Source of the DNA: Camelus dromedarius
Taxonomy: Eukaryota
Assembly: GCF_036321535.1 (NCBI RefSeq)
Contig: NC_087436.1
Coordinates: 71,364,001-71,428,000 of the forward strand
Length of the DNA stretch: 64,000 nt
Direction of reading: 5' to 3'
The translations under genes were made by a program, and so were the position numbers. The notes beneath the pieces were generated by a model. That model saw only the letters and a list, made by a program, of their open reading frames with translations. It searched no databases and was not told the origin of the DNA. Below, piece after piece: positions 34,811 through 46,445 of this stretch; position 1 is the first letter of the stretch, and every line of letters starts with the position of its first letter.

Positions 34811-37800
34811 CTAGGACATACTATTCATAGATAATTACGGAAAATAGAAGCCACATGACATTAAAACCAGGCATGAGCTATTTAGAATAGCATCTAATTT
34901 TGTCCCCTATTCCTTACTAAACATCCATTATACACAATCAACATATAATTCAGAACTGGGTAGAAATAAGCCCAGGAAAGCATCTCCGTGGCTTTGATTA
35001 GAAAATTAAATGTCCCTTTACTAAAAAGTCCTGTGTTTTCTTACACAGTGAGCACATTAAATAAAACTAGTTTCAGAAAGGATAATTATCAATTTAAAAA
35101 AAAATAAATCACAGTCCACAGTCTACAGTCCCACTCAGGAATGTCTGGTGCCCACAGGAACTCAGGACAGACATTTTTTTTGAGGTGCTACACATCTGAA
35201 CTGCCCATGCACCGAGGATAGAGATGTGCTTACAATTTGCTCTTCTTTAGCACTTTATACCCAAAATAAGTATTAGAATTCAAGGAACTGTCTGAGATTA
35301 TTCACCTTTAGGAAAAGGAAGTTGAAGGACTTAGTTGATGCTCTTACTGAAAGCCCAACTTCAAGGCATCTTCTAGGTACTGTAGTTTGAGGGACTTAGA
35401 TGAATTACTTGTAAGAGTAAGTCTTAACTAATTCTGATATTCAGCATATGTTTCAAGCCCACATAGAATGTTTCTTAGATTCATAATGCCTGTTTTTCTC
35501 TTATAGACATATAATAAGGTCTCATTAAATCTATTCCTGGATAAATAAATATCCCATCAACCTCTTTGATCACACTAGAAAATGCTGTTTTTTCATCCTC
35601 TGTGAGAATAGATGAAGTGTTCTCATTACTAATATGCAGCTAGAGACAAGCTTCACTACAAAAGCATTCTACAACAGATGTTAACTACGTATGAAGCAGC
35701 ATGCACGTATTGTTTTGCTGTGTTCTGTCACTATTCTTTTTACTATACGCCCTCCCACTCCCCTCACAAACCAACTTCTATGTCCCTTTGCTTCAAGGAA
35801 AGGCTAAAAAGAGAAAGAAATGTCCCACATACAGCTTTTCTTTCGGGCTTTTGTTCCTCCAAGGCTTAAAGGAAGAGAAGTGGGTGACTTCTCTTGATTG
35901 GTAAAAGAGACAAAGACAGAGATGCTGAGATTTGTAGGTTCCCAGAAGGCCTGGAGAATCAGGGTCCACAGAGAGAGCAAGGTCTTGGAAGGGCAAGGCT
36001 GTCACAGGGCCCTGGGAAGCTAAAACCCAAGCACCTGTGCTTCTCACCAAGCCACAGAGTCTGGGACACAGGGCATCTCAAAGGTGACCTGCGCTGGTGG
36101 CTGTAACATTCCAGAAGTGAGAGACCCAAGTAACTGAGATTGAATTTCTTGCCAGCTCAGATGTCTGAGGATTTAAAGATGTTTTAACTAAATTTAAATA
36201 AAATAAAGTAACACGGCTTGAATACCTTAGTTGTTGCAAAAATCATACCTGCTAAAATAAAATTTGTCCATTCTAGGCATGAGATTATAATAAAGAAGTG
36301 GTGTCCCCCCATATTGATAACAGTGCTTAGGAGAGTTCTCTAAGTTGGGACTCTACATACAAAATTTAGGGGGAAAAATTGTTGAGAAAAATCAAACGCC
36401 TACCATGGACAGAACGGGGAAGTTCAGATGTATTTTACTTCGTGGTTATGTAAGTATAAACAAATATAAGGTATATAGTATAACTCTGATATAAACTGCA
36501 CTTGCTTTGCGCTAAGGAATTGGTTAGAATCTTTGGAGTGGCTAAGAGATTGCTGCCATACATTTAATTGGATCTGGATTTACTTCCCTCATTTTTCAAG
36601 TTTGGCTGATTATTTGTGTGGATCAAGCTGATTCTGTTCCTTGTTCAAAGTGACCAGTTGTTTTTCTCTATCAAGAGTCTCTTTGCTGAAAGATGTAATG
36701 CTTTGCAATTGGAAATATTCACAGCTATCTTTAAAATTATTACCAACTAATTTCTCTAGAATCCCAGTGGTTTTCTCCTTCTTATCGACTTTAAAAATGC
36801 CAGTAGTCTACTGTTTTTATTCTGAGAGGAATGTCTCATTACTTAGCCCTGGTGCATTTTAGCCTGCAGCCTCTTCATCCTGTTGTGGCAGAGGGAAGGA
36901 CACAAAATTCCAGTTGGTGGAAAGAGTCAATTCTAGATCAGAAACCCAGGTACAAAACAGTTCTTTTTCAGGAAGAAAAGAACCTCCATAACAGGGAGTT
37001 AAATGACTTTCACTGTAAGCTGTTATTACACAGACTACCAAGAGACTCTCTGCTTAAGTTTGTGTTATAATGTTGTGTACATGAAGCTAAGAAGTACATA
37101 CACAAAACTCCATTTCCTATAAGCAATGACAAGCTGAAAATATCACTGGCAGATAATCAACATTTAAACATGAAAAGTCCACTTAACACTTCATAAAAAT
37201 GCTTTTCATAGAATATTCCATCTAGGCCCAATTTGGTAACATACTCTAAGCTCCTCTTCATCAAGTACCATAGTTTGATCTTTAAAAACATCATACATTT
37301 AATTTGTTGCATCACATATGCATCTACTGCCAAATATTTTCCCATAAGTCAATGACTTCAAAACTGAAATCCTACTTTAACCAGAGAAAACCCAGTATTC
37401 CAAAAAAAGTCATGCATGAATAATGAGCCATCTTAGGAAGTTTTCTGAAAAGCTATTGCATTAATGTAAGTAAAACATTCCACATTGATACTGTAACAAA
37501 TGCTCTGAGAATATAACTCCTTTACATTCAATAAGCCTGGGGAAAACAAAACAAAGTAAAACAAAAACCTTATAAACATGCAAACCAGAGGATTCTTAAC
37601 TTGGTTTTGACAAAGATATCTGGGTTCCCAGCATCTATTTATTTCAGTAAATAAAGTTCTCAGAAAAACTGTGAGAACTTTAAGATTTTATCTAAAACAA
37701 ACTCACTTTTTCCCAGTCTTTTCTGGACTAGTTGGTAACCCTACCCACTACCCTGTCAGTCATTAATTGTTTCCATTCTAACTCTCACCTTCAGGTGAGG

Positions 37801-38027
37801 AAGAATCTTGAAATGAAGTTGACTTGACTTTAAATTCAATTCATTTATCCATTTTACTGTGCCATATTTGTGTTATATTGTTTCTTTCATATATTTATAT
37901 ATGCAGCATAGTATGTATATATGTATCTGTACACACACCCATAGTATCATATTAACATCATATTTATATATCCTGAGATATTGCAATGCCACCATAATTG
38001 AAATTAAATATCCAGATTATTTATATT

Positions 38028-39041
38028 TGCAATATTGTGATTTACAAGAAATATATATATATGATCACTTGCATGATCAAAATAATTTCTCATATATATT
38101 CAGCCTTCATCCACAGTTCCTGACTCACAGCTCTCAAATCCCTTGGAATTTCCTGAGCAATGGAACATCTTTTGTTGTTGTATTTGGTCTCTTCCCTCAG
38201 TTCCTGAAAGTGCTTCAGAGCCACTAAGGTGAAACACGTGTTATATTATTCTCAACAAGCCCCTTTCCCCCACAACAGGGTTTATGTTAATGGAGGTGAC
38301 TTTTGGAAAGCACCTAAGGAAGGGGATGGTGGCCAGAGAATCAAACATGAACAGAGAGTTGGGTTCTGATTTCTAAAGAGGGGAGAGGGGCTAGATTGAT
38401 TGGCCAATCAATCATATTGGCCAGTGATATAATCAATCATGCTTAAGTAATGAGGTCTCCATAAAACCACAAAGGAGGGGGTTTGGAGGGAAGTTAGGGA
38501 ATCAGAACACTTCCATGTGCTATAGTGTTAGACCCCAAGCTCCATGAAAATGGAAGCCCTTTCGTTTGAGACCTTGCCCTGTGAATCTCTCCCTCTGGCT
38601 GTTGATTTGTATCCTTTAATATCTTTTATAATAAATTGGTAATCTAGTAAGTCAACAGGTTTCCTGAGTTCTGTGAACCATTCTAGCTGATTATTCAAAC
38701 CCAAGAATGGGGTCACGGGAACCTCTGATTTATAACCAGGTGGTCAGAAGTACAGGTAACAATCTGGACTTGTGATTGGCATCCTGCTTTCGAGGGCATC
38801 ATTAGAACCTTCAGTCTGAATCTGGTCGGTCAGAAGCAGTTAACAACCTTGGCTTGCAACTGGTGTCTGAAGTAGAAGCAGTCTTGTGGGAATGAGCCCT
38901 TTACCTGTAGAATCTGATACTATCTCTGGGTAGAACTGAGTTGAATTCTCATCTGAGAATTGCTTGTTGACATGGGAAAGCCTCCACACACTATGGAATT
39001 GGGTACAGGAACCCAAAAAGTACTTATAGATCATAGTAACA
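38028..39041 (+). mobile_element. MER21-like solo LTR (opposite orientation to the 31.8-32.6 kb copy)
   Basis: tgcaatattgtgatttacaagaaatatata...cttcatccacagttcctgactcacagctctcaaatcccttggaatttcctgag...aataaa...ggaattgggtacaggaaccc. Confidence 0.8.
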
Positions 39042-39264
39042 TAATGACAATGTAACATCATATATATAACACAATAACAGCATATTTTCATGTATATATA
39101 TATACACACATAAAATCTAGCAATTTTGTTTTAATTATTACAGCATTATAATATCTTAAAATAATCCTCAGGGTTCTATTATTATTATTATTAATTATTG
39201 CTAAAAATTAGTTATTCACACATTGTAAAAAGAAGCAAGCAATCAAACAAAGAGTAAGAGAGAA

Positions 39265-40175
39265 TTCTCCAAGGAAGACATACAAATGATCAAAAAGCAC
39301 ATGAAAAAATGCTCAATATCACTAATTATCAGAGAAATGCAAATCAAAACTACAATGAGGTATCACCTCACACCAGCCAGAATGGCCATCATTCAAAAAT
39401 CCACAAATGACAAATGCTGGAGAGGCTGTGGAGAAAGGGGAACCCTCCTACACTGCTGGTGGGAATGCAGTTTGGTGCAGCCACCATGGAAAACAGTGTG
39501 GAGATTCCTCAAAAGACTAGGAACAGACTTACCATATGACCCAGGAATCCCACTCCTGGGCTTGTATCCAGAAGGAAATCTACTTCAGGATGACACCTGC
39601 ACCCCAATGTTCATAGCAGCACTATTTACAATAGCCAAAACATGGAAACAGCCTAAATGTCCATCAACAGGTGACTGGATAAAGAAGTTGTGGTATATTT
39701 ATACAATGGAATACTACTCAGCCATAAAAACCGACAACATAATGCCATTTGCAGCAACATGGATGCTCCTGGAGAATGTCATTCTAAGTGAAGTAAGCCA
39801 GAAAGAGAAAGAAAAATACCATATGAGATCGCTCATATGTGGAATCTAAAAAACAAAAACAAACAAACAAACAAAAACAAAGCGTAAATACAGGACAGAA
39901 ATAGACTCACAGATAGAGAATACAGACTTGTGGTTACCAGGGGGGTGGAGGGTGGGAAGGGATAGACTGGGATTTCAAAATTGTAGAATAGATAAACAAG
40001 ATTACACTGTATAGCACAGGGAAACATACACAAAATGTTATGGTAACTCACAGAGAAAAAAATGTGACAATGAGTGTGTATATGTCCATGAATGACTGAA
40101 AAATTGTGCTGAACACTGGAATTTGACACAACATTGTAAAATGATTATAAATCAATAAAAAATGTTTAAAAAAAA
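39265..40175 (+). mobile_element. Young 5'-truncated L1 with an open ORF2 C-terminus
   Basis: ORF 39286..39849 encodes the L1 ORF2 C-terminal region including the Cys/His knuckle ([18 protein letters not shown]). Has a 3' UTR and A-tail; perfect TSD aaagagtaagagagaa at 39249-39264 and 40176-40191. Confidence 0.96.
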
Positions 40176-40509
40176 AAAGAGTAAGAGAGAAAGAAAGAAG
40201 TAAGAAAAGGAGGGCAACCAGAGGGAAAGGTGAAGAATCACACTGGAATTAGAGTCGTAACTTACTTTTTGGAGAACTGTATCTTTATAAAATTAAATCC
40301 TCTCTTCCTTCCCTGCATATGATATACCTTTCCATTTAGGTCTTTTCTAGGACCTTCAGTGAATTTTCATAACTTTTCTTATTACCAGTGATCATTAGTT
40401 CTTAAATTTATCTATGGCTAGTTTATAATTTTGTTGCCATTGTGAATGAGATCTTTTATTTTCATTATATTTTTAAATGGTTATAGCTTATACAATGGTA
40501 AAGCTGATA

Positions 40510-40850
40510 CAACTGGCGCTCCCTCAAGTTCTGCATTTGCAGATTCAACCAACTGCAGATCAAAAAAATTTTTTTTAATTCCAGAAAGTTCCAAGAATCA
40601 AAACTTGAATTTGCCTCACACCAGCAATTATTTACATAGCATTTATATTGTATTTACAAATATTTACATAACATTTACATTGTATTAGGTGTTACAAGTA
40701 ATCTAGAGATTTTTTAAAATATAGGGGAGAATGTGTATAGGTTATATGCAAATATTACACATTTATATAAGGGACTTGGGCATCAGAAGATTTTGGCATC
40801 CACAGGGGGGTCCTGGAATCAATCCCCAGTAGATACTGAATGATCACCAT
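40510..40850. mobile_element. Tigger3a-like non-autonomous TcMar DNA transposon
   Basis: gattcaaccaactgcagatcaaaa...ccagaaagttccaagaatcaaaacttgaatttgcc...gggggtcctggaatcaatcccc. Confidence 0.8.
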
Positions 40851-41358
40851 ATTTTAATATCCATCTGCTTGAGTCCTTTGTCTACATCTCAATTGGTTCA
40901 CCATTCTGGGAGGAGTAACATGTAAGATAATAAAAGTCATTTTTTGCCCTCTCCCCAACCCTAAGGATCAAGAAAGATTTATGTAGATTTTCTTCCTTGG
41001 CCTATGGTTGCTATGCACTGCTTGATAAATTTTCCAACCCTAAACCATTTTCACTTTCTGGTATAGTTCTTATTCAATCATGCTATGTTATTATGCTAAA
41101 ATCATGTTGTAATAAATTTGCTAATTCCTATAGAATGTTTACATTGTCATAATTGTGAATCAATAGCAGTTTTTTACACTTTGCAAGATTTTGTTGGTAG
41201 GTTTAGATTAGCTGATTTAGAAAATTTCCCTTCTGTTCATAGGTTTTTTGAAAGTTTATAAGAATTCACCTGTAAAACTAACAGGTGTTTTAAAAAAAAA
41301 AAACAATTTTTAATTACTTCTCTGCTTGCAGGTCTTTTGAGGTTTTCTAATTATTTTA

Positions 41359-42669
41359 TTTTATTTTATTTTATATAACATTTTTTATTGAGTTATAGTC
41401 ATTTTACAATGTTGTATCAAATTCCAGTGTAGAGCACAATTTTTCAGTTATACATGAACATACATATATTCATTGTCACATTTTTTCCACTATGAGCTAC
41501 CACAAGATCTTGTGTATTTCCCTGTGCTATACAGTACAATCTTGTTTATCTATTCTGCATATGCCTGTCAGTATCTACAAATTTTGAAATCCCAGTCTGT
41601 CCCTTCCCACCCCCTGCCCCCTTGGCAACCACAAGTTTGTATTCTATGTCTAGGAGTCTGTTTCTGTTTTGTATTTATATTTTGTTTTGTTATGTTTTTT
41701 AGATTCCACATATGAGCGATCTCATATGGTATTTTTCTTTCTCTTTCTGGCTTACTTCACTTAGAATGACATTCTCCAGGGACATCCATGTTGCTGCAAA
41801 TGGCGTTGTGTTGTCAGTTTTTATGGCTGAATAGTATTCCACTGTATAAATATACCACTTCTTCTTTATCCACTCATCTGTCAATGGACATTTAGGCTGT
41901 TTCCATGTTTTGGTCATTGTAAATAGTGCTGCTATGAACATTGGGGTGCAGGTGTCTTTTTGAAGTAGGCTTCCTTCTGGATATATGCCCAGGGGCAGGA
42001 TTCCTGGGTCATATGGTAAGTCTATTCCTAGTCTTTTGAGGAATCTCCATACTGTTTTCCACAGTGGCTGCATCAAACTGCATTCCCACCAGCAGTGTAG
42101 GAGGGTTCCCTTTTCTCTACGGCCTCTCCAGCATTTGTCATTTGTGGATTTTTGAATGATGGCCATTCTGGCTGGTGTGAGGTGATACCTCATCATAGTT
42201 TTGATTTGCATTTCTCTGATAATTAGTGACATTGAGCATTTTTTCATGTGCCTATTGGTCATTTGTATTTCTTCCTTGGAGAATTGCCCATTTTGTCCAT
42301 TTTTGGATTGGGTTGTTTGTTTTTTTCTTATTATGTCGTATGAGCTGTTTATATATTCTGGAGATCAAGCCTTTGTCAGTTTCGTCACTTGCAAAAATTT
42401 TCTCCCATTCCGTAGGTTGTCGTTTTGTTTTACTTATGATTTCCTTTACTGTGCAGAAGCTTGTAAGTTTAATTAGGTCCCATTTGTTTATTCTTGCTTT
42501 TATTTTTATTGCTTGGGTAGACTGCCTTAGGAGAACAGTTTTGAGATGTATGTGAGATAATATTTTGCCTATATTTTCTTCTAGGAGGTTTATTGTATCT
42601 TGTCTTATGTTTAAGTCTTTGATCCATTTTGAGTTCATTTTTGTGTGTGGTGTAAGGAAGTGTTCCAGC
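41359..42669 (-). mobile_element. Young 5'-truncated L1 (ORF2 C-terminal ~310 aa, one frameshift)
   Basis: ORFs 42252..42638(-) and 41699..42262(-) are consecutive ORF2 pieces (NSKWIKDLNIR...[11 protein letters not shown]...). (TAAAA)n tail; perfect TSD ttctaattatttta at 41345-41358 and 42670-42683. Confidence 0.96.
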
Positions 42670-42873
42670 TTCTAATTATTTTAGAATCCATCTTATTATA
42701 TTATATTTTCTACAAAATATTTATCATTAAGATTTTTAACATTATTAATAAAGTAATATAATAGTTTATTTAAAAAATTTTTATAGATATGTAATTTTAA
42801 CATTCTAATTCTATTGGGATTTTTGTTTAAATTTACCAGCATGTTGTATATGTTTTTAAACTGTCCAGTTCCA

Positions 42874-43029
42874 GGTGGAGGGTATAGCTCAGTGGTAGAG
42901 TGTATGCTTAGCATGAATAAGGTCCTGGGTTCCATCCTCAGTACTGCCATTAAAATAAACAAAAAAATAAATAAATAAATAAGCTTAATTACCTCCCTCA
43001 ACCTCCAAAAAACCCCAAAACAAATAAAA
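42874..43029 (+). mobile_element. tRNA-derived SINE, camelid Vic-1-like
   Basis: ggagggtatagctcagtggtagagtgtatgcttagcatg...ggtcctgggttc, the same family as 14187-14334. TSD core tccagttcc at 42864-42872 and 43032-43040. Confidence 0.87.
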
Positions 43030-43472
43030 GTTCCAGTTCCTAGCTTTTATGATTGTTTATAGATTTTCAATTTGTAATTCCTTATTTTATCTTTTGTATT
43101 AATTAGTTTCTTTCTCCTGCTTTCCTTAAATTTGACTGCTCATTTTCAAATATTTTGAAGTATTAAAATCATTTATTTTCATTCATTTTTATTTAATAAT
43201 AGAAACATGTAGGCTATCATTTTCTAGAATAACTTTGGTCCTTTACTGTAAGTTTTAATACGTTAAATTTTCATTGTTCTCATTTTCTGTGTAGCCTCTA
43301 AACCTGCTTGACTATCTGGACGTCTTCTCTGTTGTTCATGAGTTTCTCAGAAATAACAGAATTTATTTTCTTTAAACTTATGTGATTAATCTCTCTTTTC
43401 ATTTATTTTGCCTTGGTTCAATTTTAGCTTCAGACTCAGACTTTATTCAGCTGATTAAAAGTTTCCTTATCT

Positions 43473-44045
43473 CGAAAAGATACGTTCACCCCAATATTCA
43501 TAGCAACACTATATACAATAACCAAGACATAGAAGCAACATAAATGCCCATCGACAGAAGACTGGATGAAAAAGCTGTATTATATTTATACAAGGGAATA
43601 CTACTCTGCCATAAAAATAATAAAATAATACCATTTGCAGCAACATGGATGGATTGTCATTCTAAGTGAAGTAAGCCAGACAGAGAAAGAAAAATACCAT
43701 ATGATATCACTCATACGTGGTATCTAAAAAAAAAGGGGGGACACTATGAACTGATCTACAAAACAGAAAGAGACTTGCAGACTTAATAAACAATCTTATG
43801 GTTACCAGGGAAATGGGGTGGGAGGGGATAAATTTGAGAGTTTGAGATTTACAGATGTTAGCCACTATATATAAAAATAGATTTTAGAGTTTCTTTTCCA
43901 TAGCACAAGGAACTATGTTCAATAACTTATAATAAGTTTTTATGGAAAAAAAACTATGAAAACGAATATATGTATGTGTATGTATGACTGGGACATTGTG
44001 CTGTACACAAGAGATAAACACATTTTAATTGAGTGTACTTCAAAA
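43473..44045 (+). mobile_element. 5'-truncated L1 (intermediate age)
   Basis: gaaaagatacgttcaccccaatattcatagcaac...3' UTR and A-tail. TSD aaaagtttccttatct / aaaacttaccttatct at 43457-43472 and 44046-44061. Confidence 0.9.
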
Positions 44046-44140
44046 AAAACTTACCTTATCTTTTCATTAGTACTTATCTTTGACTTTCTTTTTCTTTCTG
44101 AAATCTCTATTGTATCTATTTAGAATTTCTTGCTTCTGTC

Positions 44141-44527
44141 TGTCAACCTAAATAAAGATGTTTACTGATGCAAGCTCAAATTACCAGATATTGAGGTTTT
44201 CAGGAATAGCCAAAGAATAGCAATTCAGGAACACATACTATGGCAAGCTACAGAGGGTTGAGGGTTTTGGTGGGTCGTTTTTACGGGAAAGGAGCACAAA
44301 GAGGAGGAAGTCCAGAGGAGACCAAGAAGCAAGTTCACTAGTTTGAGAATGGGGAAGAATTTTTGATAAATGTTCATTGGTTGAGAGATGATTCTCAGTC
44401 TTCTGTAAATCAGGCATTTAGGAGAAATCAGTCTCGTGATTCTTAAGTTATGTTCTTCTGAGGGTGCATGTGTGATATTCTGCATTTCATAGTCTCTGGC
44501 TCCATTTTAGAGGGAAATTCTTTCACA
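44141..44527. mobile_element. ERV1-class solo LTR (MER4-group-like)
   Basis: TG...CA ends (tgtcaacctaaa...ttctttcaca) with an exact 4-bp TSD tgtc at 44137-44140 and 44528-44531. Confidence 0.75.
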
Positions 44528-44865
44528 TGTCTATACCTCATCTTTTCTTTAATCATTTTAATCTATGTTTCTCTTTATTTGGGCTCTTGGACAATTTATT
44601 GAATATGTCAAAATTTTAAAATGTAATTTGGTAAAATCACAAACCTTTCTTCACTGCCTCTTTCATCACTTTTAATTTGGCAAACTTTTTTTAAATCTCC
44701 TTTATATTATAGTTAAGTTGTCCTTAATTGAGCCTCTTTTTCATCACTGACTGTATGTTTACATGAATAGTTTTTTAGAATCTTACTGAGGACACAAAGC
44801 TTCAAAATTTACTTGTTTCTTATAGTAACTTCTAATGCTTCAGAAGTCCCCTTCCTTTGTACTAA

Positions 44866-45292
44866 GAGAATGTCATTCTAAGTGAAGTAAGCCAGAAAGA
44901 GAAAGAAAAATACCATATGAGATCGCTCATATGTGGAATCTAAAAAACGTAACAAAACAAAATATAAATACAAAACAGAAACAGACTCCTAGACATAGAA
45001 TACAAACTTGTGGTTGCCAAGGGGGCAGGGGGTGGGAAGGGACAGACTGGGATTTCAAAATTTGTAGATACTGACAGGCATATGCAGAATAGATAAACAA
45101 GATTGTACTGTATAGCACAGGGAAATACACAAGATCTTGTGGTAGCTCATAGCAAAAAAAATGTGACAATGAATATATGTATGTTCATGTATAACTGAAA
45201 AATTGTGCTCTACACTGGAATTTGACACAACATTGTAAAATAACTATAACTCAATAAAAAAAGGTTAAAAAATTATTCAGATTAAAAAAAAA
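44866..45292 (+). mobile_element. Young L1 3' end without a visible TSD
   Basis: gagaatgtcattctaagtgaagtaagcc...ctcaataaaaaaa. Nearly identical to the reverse complement of ~41384-41777. Confidence 0.93.
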
Positions 45293-46445
45293 TAACTGAT
45301 GTGTCTGATGATTTTTCTGTCTCCTCAGACACACCTGAGGCACAGGAAATTCTCTTGTTATCCACAATTAGAAGCTGATAGGGAACCATCCAAGACTGTG
45401 TGAGTTTCTCTGTTCAAATCTTTCTAGCATAAAAACATATAAATATGAAAAGTTGAGATTTACTGTAATAATTCTTTGCTAGTTCAGAGGTACAGTGGCC
45501 TGGGGAGAAATAGGAAATATCTGAGGCCAAAGACAGCAAGTAGTAGCCAGGAATTAGCTGGCAGGGGACCACCATTCTTTGCCTGGCACAGTTGCTTTTG
45601 TTAGAAGCCAGCCAAAGAAGAGCCCCACTCCTTACCAGTGGTCCAAATAGGCAGGGAGTAAATGCCACTTTGGGCACCTCTGCTTGCCATGACCTCCTGG
45701 AACCAATTGTGTTTCCCAGAAGCAGTAATAAGATCCACATGGTTCCACTGACTTTGGATGAGGAAAAGGGGAAAGGGCTGGTGGCTCATGTGGATTTTGC
45801 CAGATCTTCCGCACTTGCTTTCAGTACTTCGCCTATAGAGGACCATGTGTCCAATCAACCATTTCTTTATTTCAATTCTGTTTATTCAAGCAACCCAAAA
45901 TTCCTCAGAGTTTCCTATAAGAGAAAAATCACTGCTTTCTGGGTTATCAGAATTAGTAACATCATTCTTTTATACTCATTTGGTCACTTCAAGTCATATG
46001 ATTATAGTCTCATCTGCCTAGTTAATAATCTTTGTTAACATAGAGCTTTTTGGCGGGGGGAGGGGAGTTGGTATTAAAATGCCTTCTACTGATTTTCTAG
46101 GATATAGTTCTATGCTTTCTTTTTTATTTCTACCTCTGGTTATGAAGTTTCTGAAAGCAGTGCTTAACAACTGGGTCAGTTTGTCCTTTAACATCTGGGA
46201 AAATGCTAGACTTACTTTGGTCCATGAATGGAAGAAAACTCTACGTTGCTCTCCTCACATTTTCCCGCTTCCGGCATCTTCTAAAACAGCTGCAAAGAGG
46301 GTTTTGTTCCAGTACTTTAGAGATCCCTTTAGTTTTTTTGTTCAGAGAGGACATACTTTTCTCCATGGATTGACAATAATTCATTACATTATGCAGAAAA
46401 AAATTTCTTTTTAAATCTGAAGAGTAGATTACATTGGAGAATCAC

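Noticed and set aside
32605..38027. Proviral internal region between the two MER21-like LTRs
   Set aside because: The LTRs are in opposite orientation and no gag/pol/env remnants are visible between them.
39286..42638. 187-aa and 128-aa ORFs as host genes
   Set aside because: They are L1 ORF2 C-terminal remnants inside 5'-truncated, TSD-flanked copies with no promoter, endonuclease or complete RT domain.
42874..42950. tRNA gene (also 14187-14260)
   Set aside because: A and B boxes are present, but A-rich tails, TSDs and the lack of a clean cloverleaf indicate SINEs.
45414..46414. Overlapping ORFs of 108-148 aa as a processed pseudogene
   Set aside because: I see no similarity to any protein I recognise and no poly(A)/TSD structure. 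A tBLASTn search would be needed to exclude it fully.
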